Positions 36,501 through 48,400 of a DNA stretch of 64,000 bases are shown here, one piece after another (position 1 is the stretch's first letter; each line of letters opens with the position of its first letter). Origin of the DNA: Balamuthia mandrillaris. Its lineage: Eukaryota. The DNA lies in assembly GCA_031835245.2 (NCBI GenBank), contig JAVKOQ020000013.1:124001-188000 (forward strand). The letters run 5' to 3'. The notes under the pieces are model-generated. The model did not search any database and was not told the DNA's origin. It saw only the letters and a list, made by a program, of their open reading frames with translations. The translations under genes and the position numbers were made by a program.

Positions 36501-36616
36501 GGCAGAGAAGATGATTTCGATGGGAGAGGCAGTGGGTGGCGGTATTGATGGTAACAGTCTGCTCTCCCGAGAGGATCGGTGCTGCTTCGACGAAGCTCTG
36601 CGTCCTGAAAGTACAT
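33524..36616 (-). CDS. Tandem paralog B of the same family
   Basis: Same MYFQ start, same core, same three coding intron positions and same C-terminal WQSxLxSVWxPxLQFH motif. Confidence 0.75.
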
Positions 36617-36628
36617 CTTGACCCACAC

Positions 36629-36629
<1 letters not shown>

Positions 36630-36696
<67 letters not shown>
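36630..36696. repeat. 67-nt poly(A); a poly-T tract in the putative 5'UTR intron of paralog B
   Basis: Lies between a minus-strand donor near 36784 and an acceptor just before the ATG. Confidence 0.85.
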
Positions 36697-36699
<3 letters not shown>

Positions 36700-37074
36700 G
36701 AAAGAATCAATTTTTTCCAACGATGAAAAGATGATATTTTTTTTTGTTGCAAAAAAAATAAAAAATAAAGAACAAGAGCGGTACCTTCAGAAACAACAGG
36801 AAACTACAGGAAAAAGAGCAACCAACGCTGCAGTACCCTTTAAAAAAAAGAGAGAGAAACGTTGTTTTTGGTCAGCGGTGAAATCAAATACGCGAGAAAG
36901 CGAGAGAGAGAAGAGTAGCAGAGAGAGAGAGAGAAACACGCACGCTGTGCAGTGGTGGTGGGTGGGTGGGCTTGACGGCACGATGAGAAAACACCGTGCA
37001 GGCTCTCCGCGCTTTCCGGTGTTTCCGTAGCAACAGGGGGTTGTGCGTTTTCGAGAAAATGAATTGATGGCTGT

Positions 37075-37284
37075 TTTTGTGGGATCGACAATCGATCTGG
37101 GCCTAGCAACCAACGCCTTGGCCAATGAACAATCATATGAAAGATTTTGTGGGATCGACAATCGATCTGGGCCTAGCAACCAACGCCTTGGCCAATGAAC
37201 AATCATATGAAAGATTTTGTGGGATCGACAATCGATCTGGGCCTAGCAACCAACGCCTTGGCCAATGAACAATCATATGAAAGA
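37075..37284. repeat. Three perfect tandem copies of a 70-bp non-simple unit upstream of paralog B
   Basis: Unit ttttgtgggatcgacaatcgatctgggcctagcaaccaacgccttggccaatgaacaatcatatgaaaga at 37075, 37145, 37215. Confidence 0.97.
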
Positions 37285-37681
37285 TGGGTTAAAGATCCAA
37301 TCTGAAAAAAATGGCGTGGGAGGAGGATGTCCGTGTGGAAGCCTGCTGGTTCTTTTTCTGCTTGTGCTTTCTTCTCGCTTTCTTTGTCCTTCATTATTCG
37401 CTGTTCTTTGCCATTTCTTTAACAGAAGAAAATAGGAACAATCCTTCGCAGCAGCCTTCTTTGGCGTTGATGGAGTTATCCAAAGGTCAGGTTATTATTT
37501 CTGATTTTAGCCTTGTTCGCTTCTTCTTCTAACTAACCACAATCCCCATTAACCAAACGTAACAAAACGTGTTAAAGTGCAAAGACTAGCAGTCCTCTAA
37601 CTTCCCACGCTCTGGAAAGCAAGAAACTCTTTCTACCCCCCCTCACAACCATTCCTTACCTGCAACCTTTCTCTTCGCGTG

Positions 37682-37733
<52 letters not shown>

Positions 37734-37787
37734 CTTTATTCTCTCGCTGCTACTTGGGCAAGAAGGAAAGGAAGCAAAGAGGTTTGA

Positions 37788-40700
37788 TTAACGAAACAGT
37801 TCAACATAAAGGGAGGGAATGTTGAAGCTACGAGATGATGAACCAAACTCGGAGGACCCGTCTTCATCTCGTGAAACTGAATCATCACTCTCGGGAACGT
37901 AAGAAGAAGAAGCAGAAGCAGACGAAGAAGAAGCAGCGGTAGAAGAAGCAGAGGGAGAAGAAGAGGCAGAAGAAGATGAAGAAGAAGCAGCGGAAGAAGA
38001 AGAAGAAGAAGAAGAAGAAGAAGAAGAAGAAGAAGCGGAAGAAGCGGAAGAAGCGGAAGACGAGGCAGAAGAATATTGCACCTTCACATCGCAAGCATCC
38101 TCCTGCCATGCACACGCCAACTTGTTGTTGCACACCGAATCTTTGGGCCATTGCAGGAAGTTACTTCGCAGATAAGAAACTCCCATTTCCAAGCCGCTTT
38201 CTAAGCCAAACCTGAATTCCTCTTCACCCAGCTCTTCCGTTACCTGTACCACCCTAAGGAAACCTCCATCGGACCACGGCGAGGCCTCGCTCCCCTCGTC
38301 TTCCACCATCGCTTGCACAGCAAAGATCTTTCCAACCAAGGGTAATGCCACGGAGAGGTTTCTGCCACCTTCTTGGATGGACAGTTGTTGCTCGGGAAGT
38401 GTCCCAAAACTGCCCATGGCCGAAACCAGGAACACAGCAGAAGAAGAGATGGAGGCTGATGAAGAGTAAGGAACCAGTTGCAAGAGGTATTCTGCCATGC
38501 CTCGAATGGTGATTCCGTCTTGTTCCGCTTTGTTGGAGACGTCGGAGTTGGAGCGCACCACGATTCGGCCATTCTGGACAGCCTTCGTTCCGGCAGGTAC
38601 TCTCCACGAAATGGACCGTGGCCCTCGCGGCGGCCTTACTCCCAAAACTGTGGTCTCTCCCTTGTTGATGTGAAGCTCCACACTGACAGAAGCATCGTCC
38701 TTGCCGCCCGTCCATTCCACCACCACCTCTTCGCCTACTGACACGAGTGCTGGCCCAGCTTTGGTGATGTGGATGGAATACTCACTACACACATGCATGT
38801 TGCATGGTTCTTCATCGTCCAACTTTGGTTCTCCCAAGCATTGGACAAGCGGTGCTTCTTGGCCCAAAGAGTCCTCGCATTTCACGGCTCGAGTGCGTGT
38901 TCCTCCGCCACAAGTGTGAGAACAAGGTTGCCAAGGTTCCGCCACCCATCCTGCACAAGGTTGGGTGTTGCATTTCTCTTCAGGTGGCTGATTCTCTACA
39001 AATCCTGGAGGTCCATTCTCGCAGAAGGTTGGATCGCAGAGCATGCTACCTTTCTTGCAGGTAGGGTGGTACTGCATTTGTCCTCCTCCGCATTCCTTGT
39101 TGCAGCTCGTGGGCTCGTAGCTCCACTCTGCTCCCACGCAAGGATCTCCACAAGCGTAGCAACACCAGGCTAGATTCGAGATGGGATAGCCAGTGGAAGT
39201 GCTTACACACTGGCCTTCCCAGCAGACGTAACTCATGTCGGAGGAGGGAGTGCAGGGCTGGGTCGAGGGTGGCATAGGAGAAGGACAAAGCGCTTCGTCT
39301 GTAACGGAGGCACCAGTCTCTCTATTTCTGCAGAATATCGCCCTCGATTGATAGCCTCCACAGCTAGAAATGCAGAACGACCATCCTCCCAAGTCCCAGT
39401 AATACTCTTCCGTGACGGTGTAGATCCTGAACGCATCAGTGATAAACACGTTGGTCGGTTGGCTGACCGATTCTATGGCCACACGAACGGAGGTGGATTC
39501 TGGAAACGCATCATCGACAGTCCATTCGAAGCTCCCACTATTGGCGATAGGGAGTTCTGGCAAGCCGTGCCCTGCTTTCCATACTCTTGGTTCGTCATCG
39601 CCCGTTGCCCAGCGCAAGGCCACCTGTCCTCCCGCTGAACGTGAAAGTCCTCCCTCCCAAAGTAGTGTCATCGTTTTACCTTTGGGGCCATCGCCAGGAT
39701 GGGTCATTGAGAGTGGATCTTCAGGTGGTGCGCACGTTTCGATCAGCCAGCTACCACCGGAACAACTATCATCGCAGAACTGGTCTGTTCCACGAGTGCT
39801 CCATCTGCAAGTCTGAGAAGATGGGCACCAACGACAGGACGCTGCCAAGCAAGTCGCACAAGAATCGAATGAGGAGCATGGGTCCATCTGCTCGGAACAG
39901 ATTTCTCCCGGAAAGTGACATTCACGAGATGTTGACAAGAGTTCTAAGCCGTTGCAGAGAGCGGAGTCGATGGCTTGGTGAGTCCCGTTGAAGCAGGTGA
40001 GTGTTCATCCAGGCAGCCGCTGCAAAAAGAGCAGGGGATGTTGTAATCGGAGACAAGGTTCACGGTCATGGCTTTCTCTTCCGTCAGCGCCCAGGACGCA
40101 ATTTCGATGGGCAGAAACTTGCCCGTGAGGTCAAACTCAAGGAAGGTTTGGTAATGGAGAAAACAATCGAGTTGGTCCTGTGAGTGCGTGGAACAAACAA
40201 AAAGTTAAGAAGAAAAAGAGAGACCAAAGAAAAGGAGGAGGAATAAACAAGGAAGATAGGGTAACCTCAAGTCGTATTCCAAACCATGGAGTTGGTTCTA
40301 CTCGAAAACCCAAATTTCAACCACGACACCGGCCTCATCCTGGAGGACGGGTATCAATGCTAACTTTATCTCCGCGGTATACTCAGCATCGATCCCGATG
40401 GGCAATTGGTCCACATCCCAGGAGATTCTTTGCAGTTCTTTTGGCTCCTCACCAGCAAAATAGCTGAATCCATATTCTATTTCCTTTTTGTGTGTGGTTT
40501 GTGAGTAAGTATGTATGTTTTCGGTAAACAAAACAAAGAGGTGAAGAACGGCACTTACACAGTCCGCTCTAAACCCACTTGTCGCTTGAACAACGCCATC
40601 AAACTCTACAGAGGCAGCCCCGTCCAAACCCAGAGAGGCGGTAATGCCAACGGTGATACCCATTATCGTTACGCCCCAACCAGGAGGCGAGACTTGCCTT

Positions 40701-41897
40701 AGCCCCAGCAATGGCTTTTGAGTTTTCGCTTTTGTGTTACGAAAAGAAGAGACAGAGGGACAGAGGGAGAACGAGAATTAGCATGATAAAGGGAAATAGA
40801 GGGGCAGCCAAATACCTGAGAAAGAAGCTTGTGCATGGAGAGAGAGTTCCGCCAGTACATCGACGTTTCCAATCACAGTGCCAATGAACTTCCTCAAAGG
40901 GTTCCCACCCCACACAGACCACTGATAGTCTACTTCTAACGTCGCTCCAAGCGAGTACTTCAGGTAGCAGTCCTCACAAACCACTTCCACCCCATACGTT
41001 GATTGCTGGCCTTCTTCCGTTTCGCCAAGTTGGAGGAGTTCAACCTTCTCGATTGCTTCATCCCTGTTGCTGGCATAGTTGACGCTCCCTTCCAGAAGAG
41101 TTTCAATGGCTTCCCTTCATGGGATCAGACCGAAGAAAATGAGACATAGCAACAAGCGAGAGAGAGAGAGAAAGACTCTTCGTACCGTTTTGCGGTGGTC
41201 ATCGAACTGTTGGTTGTGGCTTTATGACGGGGAAGGAATGAGAACTTCAGCTTCAAGGAATAGAAGCACTCCAGAAAATCTATCTTCTTGGTCTTTATGA
41301 CCAGCATCGACTGCTCTGCTTCCACGCTTGCGGAGAGAACTTTGCGGTGAAGCGGCTCCGGCAACCACGTTGGTCCAAACAATAAAAGCGAGAAGAAGAA
41401 ACTAACATAGCTCCTGTTTTTTGGTTATTGTGAGCTTTGAACAAAGGAGAAAGATGAAGGGAGAAGTGCGAGCAACCTGGTGTTGTGAAGTGAAGCGTGT
41501 CATTGATCGAGGACACGAAGAGGGCGACAGATTGGCCATCCTCAAGACACTCCACAGCAACGACCGAAGGAATCCGTTCCAACCACCACACTCCAGGACG
41601 TATATCCGCCTCATAGTTCAGTTGGGCGTCAAATAAGGGAGAGCGGTGCTGCAGGCGAGCCCGAGTCATTCCTCCGGTGCCATCCCTGGTGGGATGATGG
41701 TGCGAACGTTCCTCGCGCTGACCAGGCTCTCGGCCGCCGTAAAAGTGCGAGGCCCCTGTCGCCGCTTCTTCCTCGAAAGGAATCCAGAGCGTTGGTTTCG
41801 CTTCAAATGTGGGAAAGGCGAGGGCGCAAGTGGAGAGAAGGGCCGTGCATGCAAGCAGCAGGAGGGAAAAGGCTACAGGCAGCAGCTTTGTGTCCAT
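37788..41897 (-). CDS. Large secreted Cys-rich protein with PSI-like, Ig-like and thrombospondin type-1 (ADAMTS-like) repeats and a Ser-rich tail (multi-exon; 3' end uncertain)
   Basis: Signal peptide MDTKLLPVAFSLLLLACTALL; CSSFDSCATCLAASCRWCP; WSFCISSCGGYQSRAIFC, CNKECGGG, WQPCSHTCGGGTRTRAVKC. Confidence 0.8.
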
Positions 41898-42419
41898 AAG
41901 TCCAAGTAATGCGCTGTGTTTGCGTGTGTTTTGTGGAATTAGAAACACAACAACAAAGCGGAGGTATTTGAAGACGAGAAACGAGCAAGACCAAAATGAA
42001 ACCCTCCATTCGAGCAGCCAACCAGGAAGCAGACCTTGCCACAAATTGGTTTTCTTTAAGTAACTCCTATTGGTAACCTGGATGGCTTTTGGTTAATCTG
42101 CCAATTCACAAAAAGGAGTAAGACCTCATTTGCCAGGAATGAAAAACGAGTAACGTGCGTCTTCGGCCTCCAAATAAAGGTCTAGTGAGACGCAAGGCCA
42201 CGTCAACTGCTTCCCTAAGCCGATGCAACGAACCAAACTGCGACCCTTTCAGTTTTCCTAATCCATCCATCCACTGTGTGCACACCTCACTTCCAGGGTG
42301 ACCCATCGAGTCAGGGAAAGAGGCTTTGCTTCTCGGAGAAGAGTGTTTCGGCGCTGCTATTTTGGGCAACATGCGCAGCGACAATTGGTTTTATTGAGGA
42401 ATCATCAGGGGTGTGTAGG

Positions 42420-45400
42420 TCAAGAAGGAGGGGCGTTTTCGTGGTCGAATTCGTCTTTGGTGAGCAAGGCCTGCTTCTTCTTGGGAGTCTGAAACACCCC
42501 CAAGGCAAACCGTTGCACCAATTTTTCTCCATGCCTCAAACGCAATTCTATGCAAGGTCATTTGTTAGTCTTTTTTCTTTAGTATGAAGAGAAAAATAAG
42601 AAGCAAAAGTTTACCTGCAAATAGGGTAGATAGTTGAAGAGGTGCTCTTGCTTTGTGGCTGATCAGAATCCATCCTCTTGGCTGCGAGATCGGGCTCCAA
42701 GTTCTGGACGCAATGGCTTGCTTCTCCCTTGCACAAAGCCAATACTCATCATTCCTGTTGAGGATGTTGTTGTGGATGTTGAGGGTAAAAGTATGAATGG
42801 CCCAATTTCCAGTTGCTGTTGGCAGGCTGAGCATAGTTCTCTTCCAGATCGGCAGAGTGGAGGAGGATTCGTTGAAAGCAGAAGCAGAGGCAAAGGAAGA
42901 AGCGCTGGGAGATCTTAGAGAGAGTTGAATGTTTGTTTGTTGCTGTTGGGATTGAGCAGATTCATCGAAGGAGAGAAGATGACCGGTAAGACCGTAACGA
43001 AGAAGGCAGTACCGTTGCAATCGTTGAATACCATTCTCTTGTTTTGAAGACTTTTTTGTAGTACAAAGAAAGAAAAATAAGAACTTACAAACAAATTTAA
43101 AAGCAGGAAAAGAATACTAAGAAAGAAGAGCCGTGCATTTACCTTCGCTTCTTTTTCTTTTTCTTTTTCTTTGTCTTTTTCGGGAAACGCTTCCATGAAC
43201 CAAAGACAAGTCTCTGAAGGAGCCCAATGGTTGATTCTCAGCTCCTCCGTTGGTGACAACGACAAATATCCCGAGCTCTGAGCTTGCAAGGAGCGCAGAT
43301 AACATCTATTCTCCACTGGAAACACGAACCAACAGTGATTGGTGTTCTCTTTTCCCCCTTTGTTAATGTGTTCTGTAAGAACGAGATTATCTGTTGAAGG
43401 GGAAGTTGAAGAACTCTTCTTGCTGTAATTGTTGTTGCAACTTAGCCAACGATGATTGGAGAGAGATTGAAAGGAGCAAAGGGGAGAATTCGCTTCTGTT
43501 TCTGCTGTCGAGGAGTCTCTTTTGTAGATTGGCCTTCCTGATGGACTGCACAACAAACGGGAGAGCTCTCCAACTTGTGGAGGATCAAAAGGCGACCTCC
43601 ATGTTTTGTGCTGGTTAGCTGTTGTCTTTTGTTGTTGTTGATGATGTTCGATGATGCTGGATTTTCGTTTGTTGGCTTTAGACGATGATTTGGAGTGAGG
43701 ATCCTTTGCTTGTGTTTGTTGTTCTTCAACGCGAACGCACCAAAGCGCTTCTTCTAACGACGATTTGCTTTGGTGTTCTCGTTGTCGATGGTGTGTTGTT
43801 GTTTCTGACTCCGTTCCTGTTTGTTCTGGTTGTTGCTTGATGTCGATATTCGTGTTGCGAACAAACGGTCGACAAGGGAGAAGATCTCCTTGGCGATTGC
43901 TGCATAGGTACATATGCGATCGAGCTGCTCGAATAGCAACTACTGCTTCGTTCGTCTTCTTGTTGATATGACTATTTGTGGTCGTTGTTGTAGTTGTTCG
44001 TGACTTTTTTCCTGATGGTGAAGAAGAAGCAAAAGAGGTAGGGCCAGTTCTCTGGCAGCAGTTGGAATGTTGAACCGTTTCGAGAACAAATGTGGCGTTG
44101 GAGCTCATTGTTTTGGAACTGCCCATTCTGCCAGTAGCCTCATCGTAACACAAGTACCAACCATGCGTGTTTCTTATACAAACTTCCTTGTACCGACCGA
44201 TCAACTTCGTCTTCCACGTCTCCTCTCCTTCTGTTTCTTCTCCTGTTTGTACATCTTGTTGTTTTCCGCTCTTGAGAAGAGCTCGTTGATGCTTGAGTTG
44301 CAAGTACTCTTTCTCATCACGAGGAGCATGACATCGTCCGCTCAACGCACAATCACAAAAGGAAGGATTCATCACAATACTCGGTGGCAATGCGCGACAG
44401 TCGTGTCCTAACCGAAGGTGACATTGTCGAGCACATGGTCCACAGATGCAAGCCGGAGAGACCATATTGCAGGTATAACAGTGCCACGTTGGTTGGTTGA
44501 GAAAGTTTAGGCCTGTAACAGCAAACGTGCAGCAGGAAATGGGTTGTTTGGGGTCAACTAGTGGAAGAATAGAAGAGGTAGTGTTGAGTGAGTCACGGCG
44601 ATTGGTGATGAGGCTTCTTGTTTGGCTGAAAGAGAACGAACCGGCTGCGTTGGCGGTCTTGTGGAGAGAAACTTCGACCACTTGACGACCGTTAGCAGCT
44701 TCTAGATGGGAAGCCATCTGTTTATTTCTGGGGCTCTTCTTGTTCTTCTTTTCTTTAGCATCTTGTTCTGTTTTGGTTGGTAATTGCTCTGCTTTTGTCT
44801 GCTTTTTTTCTTGCTCCACTGCTTTCTCTTCCAAAACTTTGTCCTTCGTTTTCTCTTCCGCCGTCTTCTCTGTCTTCGTTTGGCCTGCTTCGCTAGTGCT
44901 GTTTTCTTGTGTTGGAGCAGCCGAGTTTACATCGAGTGTTTCTCTCTGAGATGTAGTCCGCTCCAAGTTTTCCTCCAACTGAATCTCTTTCAAAAACTTC
45001 AATGCCTCAATCTTCATGATACTGGCCACCAATTCTCCACTGCCCACTTCAAATTCTTCCATAACCAAAGAAGAAGCAGAAGAAGAAGCAAGCGAAGAAG
45101 AAGAAGAAGAAGAAGAAGAAGAAGAAGAAGAAGAAGAAGAAGAAGAAGAAGAAGAAGAAAACAGGTCTCCTTCTCTGAAATGTTCGACCCGTACAATACA
45201 TTCCTCTATCTGTACTTTCCACAACGGTTTTAGCTCGTCTCTCCACTCGATGATCAAGTTTTGAAACAAGGTCCAAGCTCGTATCCACAAAGTGCTCTGT
45301 CTTTCCAGTCGAATGTGTTGAGTGGGAGACATCTCCATTGTTGGTCTCGACACAGACCAATCGCAGAGGAGTTGAGCCATCTCCAACATCACTGTACATA

Positions 45401-48400
45401 ACTCTTTTTCGTCTTTGTCCGTCAATTTTCTTGTCAGCGGTTTCTCTTCTTGTTTTTGTTTCTCTTCTTTCTCCTTTTCTGGTGTGTCTTCTTTCTGCTT
45501 CTCCTTCAAATTAACATCACGCAATCGTGTTGTGTGTTGCAAACGTTTTCGCAAGATCTGAAGAGCTTGATTGTAGTGTTTGTTCGATTCTTGGAAGGAA
45601 CTTCTCACCAATTCCATATGCTGCTTCCAAACACTACTTGCGTTATCGTTCTCTTTCGCGTTTTGCATCTTATCCAAGTCTTGCTTGTTCGTTTCAGCAT
45701 CCTCTTGACCTCGCTTCTTATCTTTAATGGCGGAGCCACTATTTGGTCGTCTGAATTTCCATTTTCGCTTTTGTTGTTGTTGTTGTTCTGCAACTGCGGC
45801 ATTCGTTTTCTTTTTGTCCAATGTAGCTGTATTCTCGCTGGTTGTAGCTCGTGGCGAAACGGAAGTAGGAGAAGGATCGTAACTTGTATTTGCTCCAATG
45901 ATTTCGCCGTCCTTGTTGGGCCATTGGCAAGCCTGCTCAAAGTACTTTGCCAACCAATGCTCCACTCTACCGAGATGGATAAGAGTATTAACGCTGTCGG
46001 GAATGCTAAGAAGTGCTTGTTCCAACTTCTCTTTAGAGAAGCGCATCAACCGTGCAACTTTTTCTTTAAGCTCCTGTTCGAGGTCGGCATTCGAGTCCGT
46101 CGGTGAAAGTAATGACTGTCTTTTTGTCAAGAGTTGTTGCATTCCTTTTCGTTCTAATTCCTTGGCCTTAAGATAGAGAGCAAATCCTTCACTGTTATTG
46201 TTTGAGTTAAAATCAAACAAGCAAGAAGAGGAATTGACAGAAAGCAATAGAGAAAGAAGTGGAACGAAAGAGAGGAGAGGAGAGCGAAAGGGAGAGAGAG
46301 GTGAGTGTGAGAGAGAGAGAGAGAGAGAGAGAAGAAAAACCTGCTGGCAACAAAGTGCATGTGTTTTACTCGAACAGACATGTCTTTGAGATGCGGATCC
46401 ATGAACTCGTACGGGTGCGGCACCTTTGGTGGAGGATTGCCGTTCAACACCTCGTATATATGCGGCTCATCTGCAAGAGTAATTCCAAGCATCTCGCATA
46501 ACCGTCGAAAGAATAAACCTAAAATCCAAAATATAGTGATTAGCAAAACACAATAAAAAAAATACAAACACGAATAATGAAGACAAAACTACAAAAATAA
46601 ATAAAACATTACCTTGAAATAATAAGGGTCCTTTCTCACGCGTAGAGGCTCGCCATTCCCGTCTAGTCAAAGCGAACTTGCTAAACTTGGCGGCGATGCC
46701 GCACTTGAGTGGCAAAAGCTTGCCCTGAAAAAAGTCCACATCCAACAAATCTGAATACTCATCTCCCAAAGAAAGCAACGAAGCAGAAGAAGATTCTTCT
46801 CCTGCCCCAGAGGAGGTAGGTAAAGAGCTTCCATGTCTTTGAAGTGCGATTTGATGGATGTAAAAGTCAGCGTCTCCTTGAAGAGCGTCGAAGTTTACTT
46901 CTTGTAATGCTTCTGCTCGTTTATCTTTTTTGCCCTTTTGCTCTCGTTTGATAGTCGAGGAATCTGACGTGAGTCGCTCGTTGGAAAGAGGGGGAGGAGT
47001 CATAGATGTCCAGAAGTGAGACGAAGCTTTGGAGTGACCGGAAAAGAGATTGAACAGCCGTAAGACCAATTGCCGGTAAGGCTCAGAAGACGGTTCCTTT
47101 AATTCTTTCGTCTTTTCTCTGGTTAATGCTCGTAACATATTTTTACAAACACGGGCGGCCATCTGTTAAACGGAGGTTATGGTAAGACAGAGAGAGAGAG
47201 AGAGAGAGAGAGAAACAAGAGAAGAGAAGATACCTCGGTGAAGAGCAAGGCCCTATATACACAAATAGGAGGTTCATAGAAAGGCAATTCTGTCGCCGGA
47301 ACTTTGGAGGCTAAGTCGACTTCCATAACTCGTCTGTCCTCCATGTACAAGTGATGACGAAGCAAACCCAGGAACCGCATGTTGACCCCAGAGGCATGCA
47401 TGCGATTCAGCACGTTCAATAGGCGCTTATGTAAACATTCAACGTTAGTTCCTGTGGTTTCGGATGTAAGCTTTAGGCCTTTGAGCCAGATGCTGTGAAT
47501 TCTAGCTTGAAACTATCAGTTAGGGGAAAAAGGAGCAATCAGAAGATACATCAACAAGATGAAGAAGACAAAAACTAACTAGGTCTAAATAACGTTCTCT
47601 GTCACGCACGATCAATGTACGAATCTCTCCGCTGGCAAGGTGTGGAATGACCTCCTCCACTAATCTTTTAGTTGCTTCCGTCACTTCCGTTGCGTGAACG
47701 CTCCGCAAGATATCTTCTCGCACCCAACCCTGAAGTCCAATTATGAGTTGATTGTGGCAATCTTTAAAAAAGATAAAAGTTACCGAGAAAGTATCTGAAC
47801 ATAGAGGCTTCTCATTACTGGCCACCAGTTCTGGTCTCAACCTGAATGCGCAACAAATATGAACATCAGTTCATTAACTGAGAGAGTGAGAGAGCCGCAC
47901 ATCTTGTAGAAGACTGAACGTTTGTTGTATACTGGGAAAATGGGTTTGCATATCGCTGCGCTCTCAGCTGAACACAGGGTATAAGGTCAACATAAACTAA
48001 GTCGTAACAACGTTAGGATATTAAGCAATGATACGTACGTGGAAAGACTCGAGCAAAGTCCAAAAGATACAGCTTGCCATCCTAACAATAGAACAAAAGC
48101 AATACCGTTAAAACAAGGAAAGCAGGACATAGTGAATATCAAAAGCAGGTACATACTGCGCCCCAATGCCCTTCAATGTCTCCAGGGCCATACAAGAAAC
48201 AATTTTTAACTTGATGTCCCTTCAAGTTCATCCGTGTGAATATTGTTCTGAGCTTCTTATTTACTTGTGGATAGTCCGCGTAAACAGTTTTGCCTCCATC
48301 ATGAGATCTGCGTTGCACAAGAATAAGTATTAAATAATATGGTTGAACGAATAAAGAAAAGAACGAACAATTATGATTGAAGAATGAGGACGAACCCATA

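Noticed and set aside
36630..36696. Retroposon poly(A) tail
   Set aside because: No element body or target-site duplication; it fits a poly-T tract in a minus-strand 5'UTR intron, matched by a similar intron in paralog A
37075..37284. CRISPR array
   Set aside because: Units are identical end to end with no unique spacers, no cas genes are present and the context is eukaryotic
37290..37780. Extra minus-strand exons extending the TSP1 gene, or a small gene
   Set aside because: Splice-like sites exist, but every frame tried hits a stop within a few dozen codons and no recognisable product results
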